A stretch of 64,000 nt of DNA from an uncultured Kiritimatiellota bacterium (GTDB lineage: Bacteria > Verrucomicrobiota > Kiritimatiellia > RFP12 > DVOR01), in NCBI GenBank assembly GCA_944389945.1, contig CALXOF010000012.1, positions 1,261 to 65,260 of the forward strand, read 5' to 3'. The notes under the pieces were generated by a model. It was not told the DNA's origin and did not search any database. It saw only the letters and a program-made list of their open reading frames with translations. The translations under genes were made by a program, and so were the position numbers. Below are positions 1 through 8,575 of this stretch, piece after piece. Positions within the stretch are counted from its first letter, which is position 1. The number at the start of each line of letters is the position of its first letter.

Positions 1-1006
1 GGAATATGCGCTTCGCGTGGCCGAAGAGCCGCGCCGTCATGGGCTTGAAGTGGAGATGTCTGTGGCATTGGCCCAAGCATTTGCGAAGCGAGAGCGGCAA
101 GTGGAGGTCTTTATCGCACGGCAGGATGCCCGACTTAACGAAGATAAAGCGAACGGTAAAACGTGCCTCCTGCAACTCTTAGCGGACTGCGAAGCAATTC
201 GGCAAGCGGTGATTTTGCTTGATGGAGGACGCGGGGAGCTCCGCGTTCGGATTGATTCGTCGTTGTATTGGGCATGCGAACGCTATCTGGTCGCCTATGG
301 AAACGCGACAGGCATTTGGCAGGATTGCACGGGGTTAAACCGACTCTTGGAGGGATTGGCCTGTACCCAGGAGACACGGGCACGTTGGGAAGAAGACGAG
401 GCAATTTTGCAGAGGAACGCAGAGCTCGAGGCGTCGACAGAGGTCTGCCTATTGTGTGGCCGCCATCATGCCAGGTGTGGTAAGTACTTCTGGGGCGCGA
501 CGGTTCTTTTGCATAAAAACGCTCGGAGGTTGCCGACCGGCCAGATAAAAGGTGAGGTGCGCGAAGTATCGTTCCCATGTTGCAAGGTATGCTACAATCG
601 GCTTCCATTGGCATTGAAAGCAGGGGAACGTGACAAAGAACCGGGGCTCTTCCGTGTATGGCCTTCCGGACCGGCGGAGGAATGTTCCGGCAAGGCGATG
701 CGGCGGCGTCTGAAGGATTTCCCGCCAATCGCGGCGTTGTTGCGCGACGGCTGGCTCCTAGAAGAGATACCGACCGATGACACACCAATCCAATCGCCTA
801 CGCCCCCACAAGATGGGAAGCCAACACCGCCAAAGGAGACGCGGCAAGATGGAAGTATCTTGTCTCAGGTGATTCTGAATATACTCGTTTTCTTTGCTGT
901 CCTCTTCGTGTCACTTTTGTTGATGCGTGGATGCGAGTCGGTATTAGAAAAATTTGAGACTTCACCACAGGAAGATCTTATCTCGAACGAATCAATAATG
1001 TGGTGA
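1..1006 (+). CDS. 5'-truncated membrane-anchored Zn-ribbon protein, paralog of the C-terminal half of 1067..2572
   Basis: Frame is open from the window edge. Aligns with the next ORF (CERYLVAYGNATGIW/CNRCLIAYGNRSKTW; CLLC..CKVC/CWKC..CRDC; LLRDGW/LLAQGW). Hydrophobic C-terminal helix. Confidence 0.75.
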   Translation, partial: EYALRVAEEPRRHGLEVEMSVALAQAFAKRERQVEVFIARQDARLNEDKANGKTCLLQLLADCEAIRQAVILLDGGRGELRVRIDSSLYWACERYLVAYGNATGIWQDCTGLNRLLEGLACTQETRARWEEDEAILQRNAELEASTEVCLLCGRHHARCGKYFWGATVLLHKNARRLPTGQIKGEVREVSFPCCKVCYNRLPLALKAGERDKEPGLFRVWPSGPAEECSGKAMRRRLKDFPPIAALLRDGWLLEEIPTDDTPIQSPTPPQDGKPTPPKETRQDGSILSQVILNILVFFAVLFVSLLLMRGCESVLEKFETSPQEDLISNESIMW

Positions 1007-1066
1007 AGGCGTGTGTAAAGGTTGGGGGATTGTGGTATGATTGACATGTAACGTTGGAGCAGTGAC

Positions 1067-2572
1067 ATGGGAGCGAGACCCGAACAAGACGCGTTAATGC
1101 GGATGTGCACGGAGACCGTGTACGCGGACAATCCGTTTCATTTGCTGGGATTGCCGACAACGGCAACGCCGCGGCAGATTCGCCGGCGCAGAGAGGATTT
1201 GGAGGGTGCACGAGAGCTGGGGCAGTCCGCTTGGGAAGAAGCGTTTCACCACCTCTTGGGTAATCGTCCGACACCGAACGAAGAGGATGTGGAGGAGGCC
1301 TTCGCGAAGTTGGAGGACCCAGAGTCGCGCTTGTTGGCGGAGTTCTTCTGGATGTGGCCGCTGGGTGAGGAAGACCCGGCGCTGAAAGCATTACAGGAAC
1401 GTCACAGTGGCGCGGCGTTCGATGCTTGGGAACGAGCGGCGCTGGGATTCGGACGGTCGCGTCCCATCGCGCAGCACAACCTCGCCGTGGCCTATCAGAT
1501 GTACGCAATTGACGCGGAAACACAAGCGATTGACTATGAGGGGACAATCCCAGAAGACTTCGCGCGAACAATGCGTGAATATTGGGAGAAGGCGTTCCTC
1601 TATTGGGAAGAATTGGCGGACAATGATGACTTTTGGGAGCTCTTTGAGGCCCGGATGCGGGAGTTTGACGACCCGCGTTTGACCGGAGGCTTTATCCGCC
1701 GTCTGCGCCAAGAGTTCCCCGTTGCGTTCGACAACATCAACTTGGCATTGGCAGTCCGCTACGTCAAGGCCGGGAAACTCTCTGAGGCTCGTCGTCATGT
1801 AGATTATATGCGCCGCACGATGAGTGGGCTTGACGATGTGGAGCAGAACTTCTCCGCGCTTTTCGCTCCCATCGAAAAGCGTCTGAATTTGTTGGTTGAC
1901 CAATACGATGAGAAAGTACAAGAAGACCCGCTCAACGGAAAACAATGCTTCTTGGACTTAGTGAACCAAGCAGACGGTTTCACCGACCTCGCCAATGGTC
2001 TCCTCGAGGATGACAATTCTATTCGACTTCGCCTTTTGTCCACCATCTTCAAGGCTTGTAACCGATGCCTGATTGCCTATGGCAACAGATCTAAGACGTG
2101 GGCGGAGTGTGCAACGTTAAATGAACGCCTGAAACCTTTTGCATGCACGAAGCAATTGCAGGAGTTATACGTCAAGAACTCTGCAATTTTGCATAGCAAT
2201 GTGCAAGCGGATGAAGAACAGAACACGTGTTGGAAGTGCAAACGAAAAATCTCGGAGGTCGGGCCTCTACATACTTGTGAAGTGCGTATGTATGGGAATA
2301 TTCAGCCAAGTCCCTTGTCGAATTTCTTTGAGCCAAGCGTGACCTATTCCAAATGTGTCGTTAAAATCCCACTTTGTCGAGATTGTTGGATCGTATGGCC
2401 ATGGGAAAAACGAGCCTATCCAGAAGTCAAACGATTGCTCGCACAAGGGTGGCGTATCGGAGAACGCCCCACAGACGCGGAAGTACGCAGTAATGCTTCC
2501 GCAGGGTGTCTATTGCCGTTGATGCTGATGTTGTTGGTTGGTTTGATTGCAGGTTGCACCGCGTTGGCGTAA
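1067..2572 (+). CDS. J-like domain (no HPD) + helical/TPR-like region + CxxC..CxxC Zn ribbon + C-terminal TM anchor
   Basis: NPFHLLGLPTTATPRQIRR and EEAFAKLEDPESR resemble DnaJ helices I-II and III-IV. AQHNLAV is TPR-like. Hydrophobic C-terminus. Confidence 0.7.
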   Translation: MGARPEQDALMRMCTETVYADNPFHLLGLPTTATPRQIRRRREDLEGARELGQSAWEEAFHHLLGNRPTPNEEDVEEAFAKLEDPESRLLAEFFWMWPLGEEDPALKALQERHSGAAFDAWERAALGFGRSRPIAQHNLAVAYQMYAIDAETQAIDYEGTIPEDFARTMREYWEKAFLYWEELADNDDFWELFEARMREFDDPRLTGGFIRRLRQEFPVAFDNINLALAVRYVKAGKLSEARRHVDYMRRTMSGLDDVEQNFSALFAPIEKRLNLLVDQYDEKVQEDPLNGKQCFLDLVNQADGFTDLANGLLEDDNSIRLRLLSTIFKACNRCLIAYGNRSKTWAECATLNERLKPFACTKQLQELYVKNSAILHSNVQADEEQNTCWKCKRKISEVGPLHTCEVRMYGNIQPSPLSNFFEPSVTYSKCVVKIPLCRDCWIVWPWEKRAYPEVKRLLAQGWRIGERPTDAEVRSNASAGCLLPLMLMLLVGLIAGCTALA

Positions 2573-2589
2573 GACGGGAAGGAATGCAA

Positions 2590-3126
2590 ATGAATTGGAG
2601 CAGAAAGATGAGACGGAAACACGGGCGGGAGTCGACACGAAAACTGGTAGATTCACGGTCGGTGCTGGCGTTTGACGTGAGGCAAGTACCGAAGGCGCGA
2701 CCGGAGATGCCGAAATTGACACCGGAGGAGCGCCAACTGACGAAGCTTTACGCGACGTTCGCCACGAATGTGTGGCGACTGAAGCGACAGATTCTGGACG
2801 CGGAAACGGGCGAACCGAAAGAAGGTTTTGAGCGGGTGGCACGCTACGTGACCTCGATGGAGGGTGCGTTGGAAGATGCCCACGTGAAAACCGTTGATTA
2901 CGATGGGCGCCCTTATGACGAGGGTGACGCGGTGAAAGTGATCACCTTTGAGTCACGCGCGGACTTGAAGCGCGATGAGTATGTGGAAACCTTGTTGCCG
3001 ACCGTCCAGTGGACGAACGCAGAAGGGAAGATGACGTTGTTGCAGATGGCGGAGGTTGTCGTCGGACAAGCCCCGCAGAAAGAGGATGAGCAGAAGGAGC
3101 AGGACAATGGCACGGAGCACGATTGA
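2590..3126 (+). CDS. GrpE-like nucleotide exchange factor (short, divergent)
   Basis: GRPYDEG..VETLLPTV..LLQMAEVVVG matches the GrpE beta-domain pattern. Overlaps the Hsp70 start. Alternative ATG at 2584. Confidence 0.65.
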   Translation: MNWSRKMRRKHGRESTRKLVDSRSVLAFDVRQVPKARPEMPKLTPEERQLTKLYATFATNVWRLKRQILDAETGEPKEGFERVARYVTSMEGALEDAHVKTVDYDGRPYDEGDAVKVITFESRADLKRDEYVETLLPTVQWTNAEGKMTLLQMAEVVVGQAPQKEDEQKEQDNGTEHD

Positions 3127-5602
3127 TTTTGGCATCGACTTGGGGACGACGAACAGCGCCATTGCGGTGCTGAAGGGTGTCCGCCCTGAGGTCATCAAGA
3201 ACAACTTGGACGCTGATATCACGCCCTCGGCGGTGTATCTGAACAAGGCCGGAAACGTCACAGTGGGGGCGAGGGCCAAGAATAAGCTGGAGGAAGAACG
3301 CTCGGCGGAGGACGCGTACATCGAGTTCAAGCGGCGGATGGGGACGGACGCGGACTATCTTTTCCGAACATCCGGTCTGCGCAAGACTCCTGAAGAACTC
3401 TCGGCCGAGATTCTGAAGAGTTTGCGCGGGAACGTCTTGCAGCGTTTGGACGAGGACATCTCCGCAGCGGTGATTACCATCCCGGCAGCCTTCGCGCAAC
3501 GGCAATGCGTGGCGACGAAACGCGCAGCGGAACTAGCGGGATTCACGCAGTGCCCGCTCTTGCAAGAGCCGGTCGCCGCCTCACTGGCCTATGGTTTCCA
3601 AGCGGATACGGCCAAGCGCTCGTTTTGGATGGTCTTTGACTTCGGCGGCGGCACGTTCGACGCGGCCGTTATGAAGGCCGAGGACGGCGACATCCAAGTG
3701 GTGAACCACGGTGGCGACAACTTCCTGGGTGGCGCGGACATCGATTGGGCCATCATCGAGACGTACATCATTCCGCAGTTGCAGGATTCCTATAACCTGC
3801 CGGACTTCCGGCGCGGGAACCTGCGTTGGCGCGCGGCCCTCGCTAAACTCAAACGTGCCGTGGAAATGGCTAAGATTGACCTCTCCCGGGCACCGTCCGC
3901 CGCCCTGGACGGGTGCGTCTTTGAAGATGAGGACGGTGAAGAGGTCGACCTGGAAGGGTTTGAGCTGACACAAGCACAGGTGAAACGCGTGGCCGAGCCG
4001 CTCATCCTGCGTGCGGCGGACAAATGCCGGGCCGTCTTGGCAGAGAAACACCTGTCGCCATCGGCCATTGAACGTGTGTTGTTGGTGGGCGGCCCGACCC
4101 TTGCGCCTTACTTCCGTGAGACGTTGGGAGAAGCGTTGGGAATCCCATTGGACCATAGCGTGGACCCGCTGACGGTGGTGGCCCAGGGCGCGGCCATCTT
4201 TGCCGGGACACAACGGATTGAGCGTGGCCTTCGCGCAAGTGCGACCGCGGCTCCCATGGGAGCCTACAAGGTAACGTTAAACTATTCGCCCATCGGCCCG
4301 GACGATGACCCCGCCGTGACCGGCGAGGTCGCCATGCCCACCGGTGGCGTGCCTACGGAGGGGCTTCGCATCGCCTTTGTCAACCGGAACACGCGATGGT
4401 CGAGCGGGGAAATCCCGCTCAATGCGGAGGGTAAGTTCCGCCTCCGTCTGCGCGCCGTGCCGGGGGAGCAAAACATCTTTGACATCACATTGCGTGATTC
4501 CATCGGCAATGCGTTGCCCACGGACGTCAAGGAAATCGCCTACACCGTCGGCGCGACCATCAAGGCGCAGATTACGTGCAACGACATCTCCGTGGAACTG
4601 AGCGGAAACGCGGTCAAACTGGCAGTCCCCAAAGGTACCGCCTATCCCTTCAAAAAGTCCGTCCGTGGCGTGATCACCAACGTCGCCCTCAAACGTGGCG
4701 AGCCTGGGCAAGTCACGATTCCTATTCTGGAAGCCATCAATGGAAACGCCGGCACCAAAGGCGACCACAACATCAAGTTGGGCGATTTGGTCATCAAGTC
4801 CGAAGACATTCGCCGCGATCTACCGTTGGGCAGTGATTTGGAATTGACCCTCACAGCCAAAGAACCGGGTTCCATCAACGCCACGGCATACGTCGAGCTC
4901 TTGGACGAGACCTTCTCCGTGACGCTCCGCTATGACCGTGAATCCATCAGCGAAGAAGAGCTATGGAAGGAGGCAGAACGCGAAAAGGCGCGTATCCCAA
5001 AGGTATTGGAAAAGGCCGGAGACCTCGTTGACGCGGAAACCCGGCAGAAACTGGAAACGTTGCCGCAGGAACTCGATGGCTTGTGGCGCGGCATTGAAGA
5101 CCCCGCCGAGGCTCAGAAGATTCAGCAACGCATCATCGAATTGCGCATCATAATCGATGAGGTGGAGGATACCGTGGAAATCCCGGCGAAACTGCATCTC
5201 ATCGAGATTCGCCTGGATGCCATCGACAAGCAGACCGGCCACATGACCGCCGGGCAGATGACCGCCGCTGACGAATTGCGTCGCCGCTATGAGGAGCAGA
5301 AATCCAAGCGTGACCCCGCCGCCATTGAGGCACTCAACGAAGAGGTGGGGGCGTTACTCTTCGATATCTACTCCGAGTTGCCGGAATATTGGAAGGGATT
5401 CCTTGGCCACCTGTATGGGAAGCGTGAACAGATGTCAGACCAACGCGAAGCCGACCTGCTCTTCGCGCAAGGGGCTCGTGCAACCGAGCGCGACGACATC
5501 GAGGCCATGCGCAAAACCGTTATCCGTTTGTTGGACCTGCTTCCGCCTGAAGCACGAGAAAACGCCCAACGCGGCCACAATTCCGGAATCACCATGCTAT
5601 GA
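3107..5602 (+). CDS. Atypical Hsp70/DnaK-family chaperone (831 aa)
   Basis: GIDLGTTNS, ITIPAAF, QEPVAA, FDFGGGTFD, GGDNFLGG and VLLVGG motifs. Extra domain after the ATPase domain and a long helical C-terminus. Confidence 0.93.
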   Translation: MARSTIDFGIDLGTTNSAIAVLKGVRPEVIKNNLDADITPSAVYLNKAGNVTVGARAKNKLEEERSAEDAYIEFKRRMGTDADYLFRTSGLRKTPEELSAEILKSLRGNVLQRLDEDISAAVITIPAAFAQRQCVATKRAAELAGFTQCPLLQEPVAASLAYGFQADTAKRSFWMVFDFGGGTFDAAVMKAEDGDIQVVNHGGDNFLGGADIDWAIIETYIIPQLQDSYNLPDFRRGNLRWRAALAKLKRAVEMAKIDLSRAPSAALDGCVFEDEDGEEVDLEGFELTQAQVKRVAEPLILRAADKCRAVLAEKHLSPSAIERVLLVGGPTLAPYFRETLGEALGIPLDHSVDPLTVVAQGAAIFAGTQRIERGLRASATAAPMGAYKVTLNYSPIGPDDDPAVTGEVAMPTGGVPTEGLRIAFVNRNTRWSSGEIPLNAEGKFRLRLRAVPGEQNIFDITLRDSIGNALPTDVKEIAYTVGATIKAQITCNDISVELSGNAVKLAVPKGTAYPFKKSVRGVITNVALKRGEPGQVTIPILEAINGNAGTKGDHNIKLGDLVIKSEDIRRDLPLGSDLELTLTAKEPGSINATAYVELLDETFSVTLRYDRESISEEELWKEAEREKARIPKVLEKAGDLVDAETRQKLETLPQELDGLWRGIEDPAEAQKIQQRIIELRIIIDEVEDTVEIPAKLHLIEIRLDAIDKQTGHMTAGQMTAADELRRRYEEQKSKRDPAAIEALNEEVGALLFDIYSELPEYWKGFLGHLYGKREQMSDQREADLLFAQGARATERDDIEAMRKTVIRLLDLLPPEARENAQRGHNSGITML

Positions 5603-6279
5603 CAGAGGAATCCGCAATTTTACGGGCCTATGGATTGGCCACGCAAGGCAAGACCGAAGAGGCCGAACGCTTGCTCGGTAGCGTGAAAACCACAGCGGCC
5701 AAAGATTTGTTGGCGCGCATTCGTTTCGACTCCGGCGATGAAGCCGCCGCAAAACGTCTCTGGGAAGAGGTCCTCGAGGAAAACCCCGACCATGCCGGGG
5801 CCAAAGCCGCGCTGGCTTGCATCGGCAAACCGCGTGAGGTGGTCGATGAAGCTTGCTGGCGATTTCGTTGGACCTTTCTTTCCCTTTTGGTGGGTGTCGC
5901 AGTGGTTTTCCTACTCGCCGGCGTGCTCGTTGGACGGGACTGGAAGTCGGCAAACAACCAACCAACAATCCCCACAGAGACTCCGCAGACCACCTTGCCT
6001 TCGCCGACCACTTCGCCAAATCCAGAACTTCAGTTTACGCTGCCAATGTCAAACGCAGACTTTCTCGTTCAGAAAGCCGCGTTCTGGGACAGTGTACCGC
6101 CGAGGGCAAAAGTCGTTTTGTCAGGCGGCCCGAGTGGCGAAGCTCCTTTACGCCAACGCCGTCTTGCCGTGGTGGCAGATTTGTTGGTTGAAGAATATCA
6201 CCTGACAACCTGGGACCAACTTCTGATTGATCTCTCACCGAAAGAGGATGACGCATATCGTCTGCAAGTCCTCCTCTAG
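5599..6279 (+). CDS. TPR-containing single-pass membrane protein with a degenerate OmpA-like C-terminal domain
   Basis: TPR pattern (LARIRFDSGDEAAAKRLWEEVLEENPDHAGAKAAL), TM helix, Pro/Thr linker, LRQRRLAVVADLL. ATGA overlap with the Hsp70 stop. Confidence 0.65.
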   Translation: MTEESAILRAYGLATQGKTEEAERLLGSVKTTAAKDLLARIRFDSGDEAAAKRLWEEVLEENPDHAGAKAALACIGKPREVVDEACWRFRWTFLSLLVGVAVVFLLAGVLVGRDWKSANNQPTIPTETPQTTLPSPTTSPNPELQFTLPMSNADFLVQKAAFWDSVPPRAKVVLSGGPSGEAPLRQRRLAVVADLLVEEYHLTTWDQLLIDLSPKEDDAYRLQVLL

Positions 6280-6475
6280 TGTCCGGGGAACTTTCTCGCA
6301 AAGCCGGCGCCTATACGCCGCCTTCTACGCTAGTTTCCACTTTTGAACGCCCCTTCAGGGGCACGATAACGTGGGAATTCTAAGCGCGGCGCGACCACCG
6401 TGAGCAATGGAGCTCGCAGCGTTTCCACACCAGACCGTCTTTGCGGTTCTCTCTCATTTTCCCCAAACAGGATTG
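6274..6475. mobile_element. MITE-like element with CAATA(C/G)TGTCCGG-type terminal inverted repeats, carrying module A in reverse
   Basis: Left end ctctagtgtccggggaa, right end ttttccccaaacaggattg. Interior matches 26897-27018 and 32603-32726. Confidence 0.6.
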
Positions 6476-7028
6476 AATGGAGACACAATAGTGTCCGGAG
6501 AAAGTTTAGGATACTGTGCAGTACTTGTAATTGAGGATATACTAGCGCATTCCCAAACGGTGAGTAGTTCTCCAAATGACAGGCCTTAAAGATGACGTAT
6601 CTTACTACAAGCAATGGAATTGTCTTTGATTTAGAAAAGACAAATGACAGGTCTTTGGCAAGGGTGCGTGGTGTGATTCACTGCGATTGGCCGGAGACAC
6701 CCGGTTTGGATGAGGACCCTCTCTCATATTATTAGTAAGTAAGGGGGAGGTGCGATGGCCAAGGGCTTTTCGCACCAGTGTCACCGGCGAAGGCTGGTGT
6801 TTTTGCCCTAAGCACCACGGCTTCCCGCGAAGACATGCGTGCTCCGATGGTGTGCCCAGCTGATTAGTAGATTGGCTGATTGGCATTCTGGGAGAGCTTT
6901 CGCCTCATGCCCTTACGTCGCTCTTAAATCGACCGGTGTGGAATGGAAGGCGGCGGGTACGGTCAACGGCGAAGCCGTAGCGTACCCAATGGCACCCGAG
7001 CGTTGCGCGCCCTCAATGATATCTTTAC

Positions 7029-8494
7029 GCGCGTTTCGTCAAATGATTTGTCCCTTTTTTTGCTACAAGGGAGGGAGTGGCGGCAAGAGCAATTTGGGGT
7101 GGGAGGATTGCGGACCTGCCGTGGCGTCTGTCGGGGAGCGTCCCCGCAGGGGCGGCGCGAAGCGCCGAGCGACCCGACAGACGCCACGGCAGGGGGGGGA
7201 AGAGTCGAAGGTAATCATCCTTGTAGGGTGGCATCGCGACGAAGTCGGGCCAAGGCGTACGTGATTTGTTCCATCAGAACGAGCGCGTTGAGCGTGGCAA
7301 GGCGACGCTTCAAAGCAGCGCGGTGTCGCAGGCGTAGACCGGGGTGTTCAAGCAGGCGTTGAGCGGGTGTGATGGGTGGGGAGTAGTGACGGGAAGACCC
7401 TTTTCCGGAGAGGTGGGGTGTCTTGGAACGCAAGGTCATGGTGGGAAGGCAGTAGTTGTGATGGCAGGAAATCTTGGCGCATTGGCGATTGAGCGCTTCG
7501 GTCTGCGCACGGTTGTCGTAACGACCATAGCCGAAGTTGGTACGGACAAGGCTGTAGTTTCGTTGCTCGACATGGGCATTGTCGTTCTTCTGGCGAGGGC
7601 GGGAGCGTTGGTAGGCGTACTCTGGGTGTCGCCGGACAAAGGCGAGCAGGTGGGCGTTCATGAATTCGTTCCCGTTGTCAAAGTGGAGGATACGCACTTT
7701 GTAGGGGAAGGACGCGAGAGCGTCCTCCAGTGCGGCAAAAACGCCCGCGGCTCCTTTGTTCCAGACGCACCGGATCTCAGTCCAGAGCGTGACGCGATCC
7801 GTCACGGTGAGAATCCAGTGGAAGTTCCCGCTCATGTCGCCCCCGCACAACGCGACGGTATCGACCTGCACCTCTCCAGGCTTGCACAGATAGGCCGGAA
7901 TCGCCTCACCACTGATTTCCTGGGCCAGCGCCTGCGCGGCTGAAGGCGCGCGCGGGGTTCTACGCCTGACGGTGAATCCAGGCTTCTTTCTGGGCCTTCC
8001 CCGTAGGATGCGATCCATGGTCGAGGCGCTCATCCGCCGCAACCTGTCAGCGACCTCTGGGCGAAGATGGCGCACCTCCCCAAACTCCTCTACAAAGCGG
8101 TCAATGCGCGCCTGAAGCGCTTTGGTATTGGGACATCCGGCCCGTTCCCAGAGTTCGATGAGCATATTGCGGACCTCCACCGAATAGGTTGGCCCGCGCC
8201 CGGTTTTTTGCCGGTTCTGACACGGTTCCCACGTAACAACTTCGCCGCGTAATCCTTCGAGAAACCAGTCAATGTCACCAGGAAGTCCCGGATCTCACGC
8301 CTTTCCTTGTTCGTCTTTTTCGTACGATAGATCACCGCGAGTTCTGATATATTGACACTAATTTCTTGTGGTTTCATAGTGTTATCCTTTTTCTATGAAA
8401 AACGGCACATACAAATGACGAAACAATGGAAATCCTACCCCATCGAAGCGCTTCTTTCACTGCAAAAACGGGACTTTATTATGACGAAATGCGC
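7029..8494 (-). mobile_element. Insertion sequence with an integrase-core (rve) DDE transposase (IS481/ISNCY-like)
   Basis: Imperfect TIRs gcgcgtttcgtca..gtccc (7029) and gggac..tgacgaaatgcgc (8494). Extra internal copy of the motif near 8404-8424. Confidence 0.75.
7215..8377 (-). pseudogene. DDE integrase-type transposase, frameshifted at an A6 run
   Basis: VQVDTV / HFDNGNEF / NDNAHVEQRN triad in 7215..8180. N-terminal part in 8090..8377. Adding one A at 8204-8209 gives GKKTGRGPTYSVEV. Confidence 0.85.
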
Positions 8495-8575
8495 ATTTTC
8501 CCCTGATAGGATTGAATGGAGACGTGGGGGGCGGGATTGTGGTAGACTAACAGAAATCGAAAGGATAGGTAGACA

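Larger units (their letters stand above)
6486..8514. mobile_element. MITE-bounded composite element containing a nested IS
   Basis: Left TIR caatagtgtccggagaaa, right TIR ttttcccctgataggattg. Flanked by the direct repeat aatggagac(a/g) at 6476 and 8515. Confidence 0.55.

Noticed and set aside
2540-2572. Lipobox-like LIAGC in ORF 1067..2572
   Set aside because: It is at the extreme C-terminus and cannot serve as a signal peptidase II site; treated as a TM tail anchor.
3107-5602. Calling the Hsp70 the housekeeping dnaK
   Set aside because: It is too long, lacks the linker, has an altered GGSTRIP motif, and has no canonical dnaJ or hrcA context.
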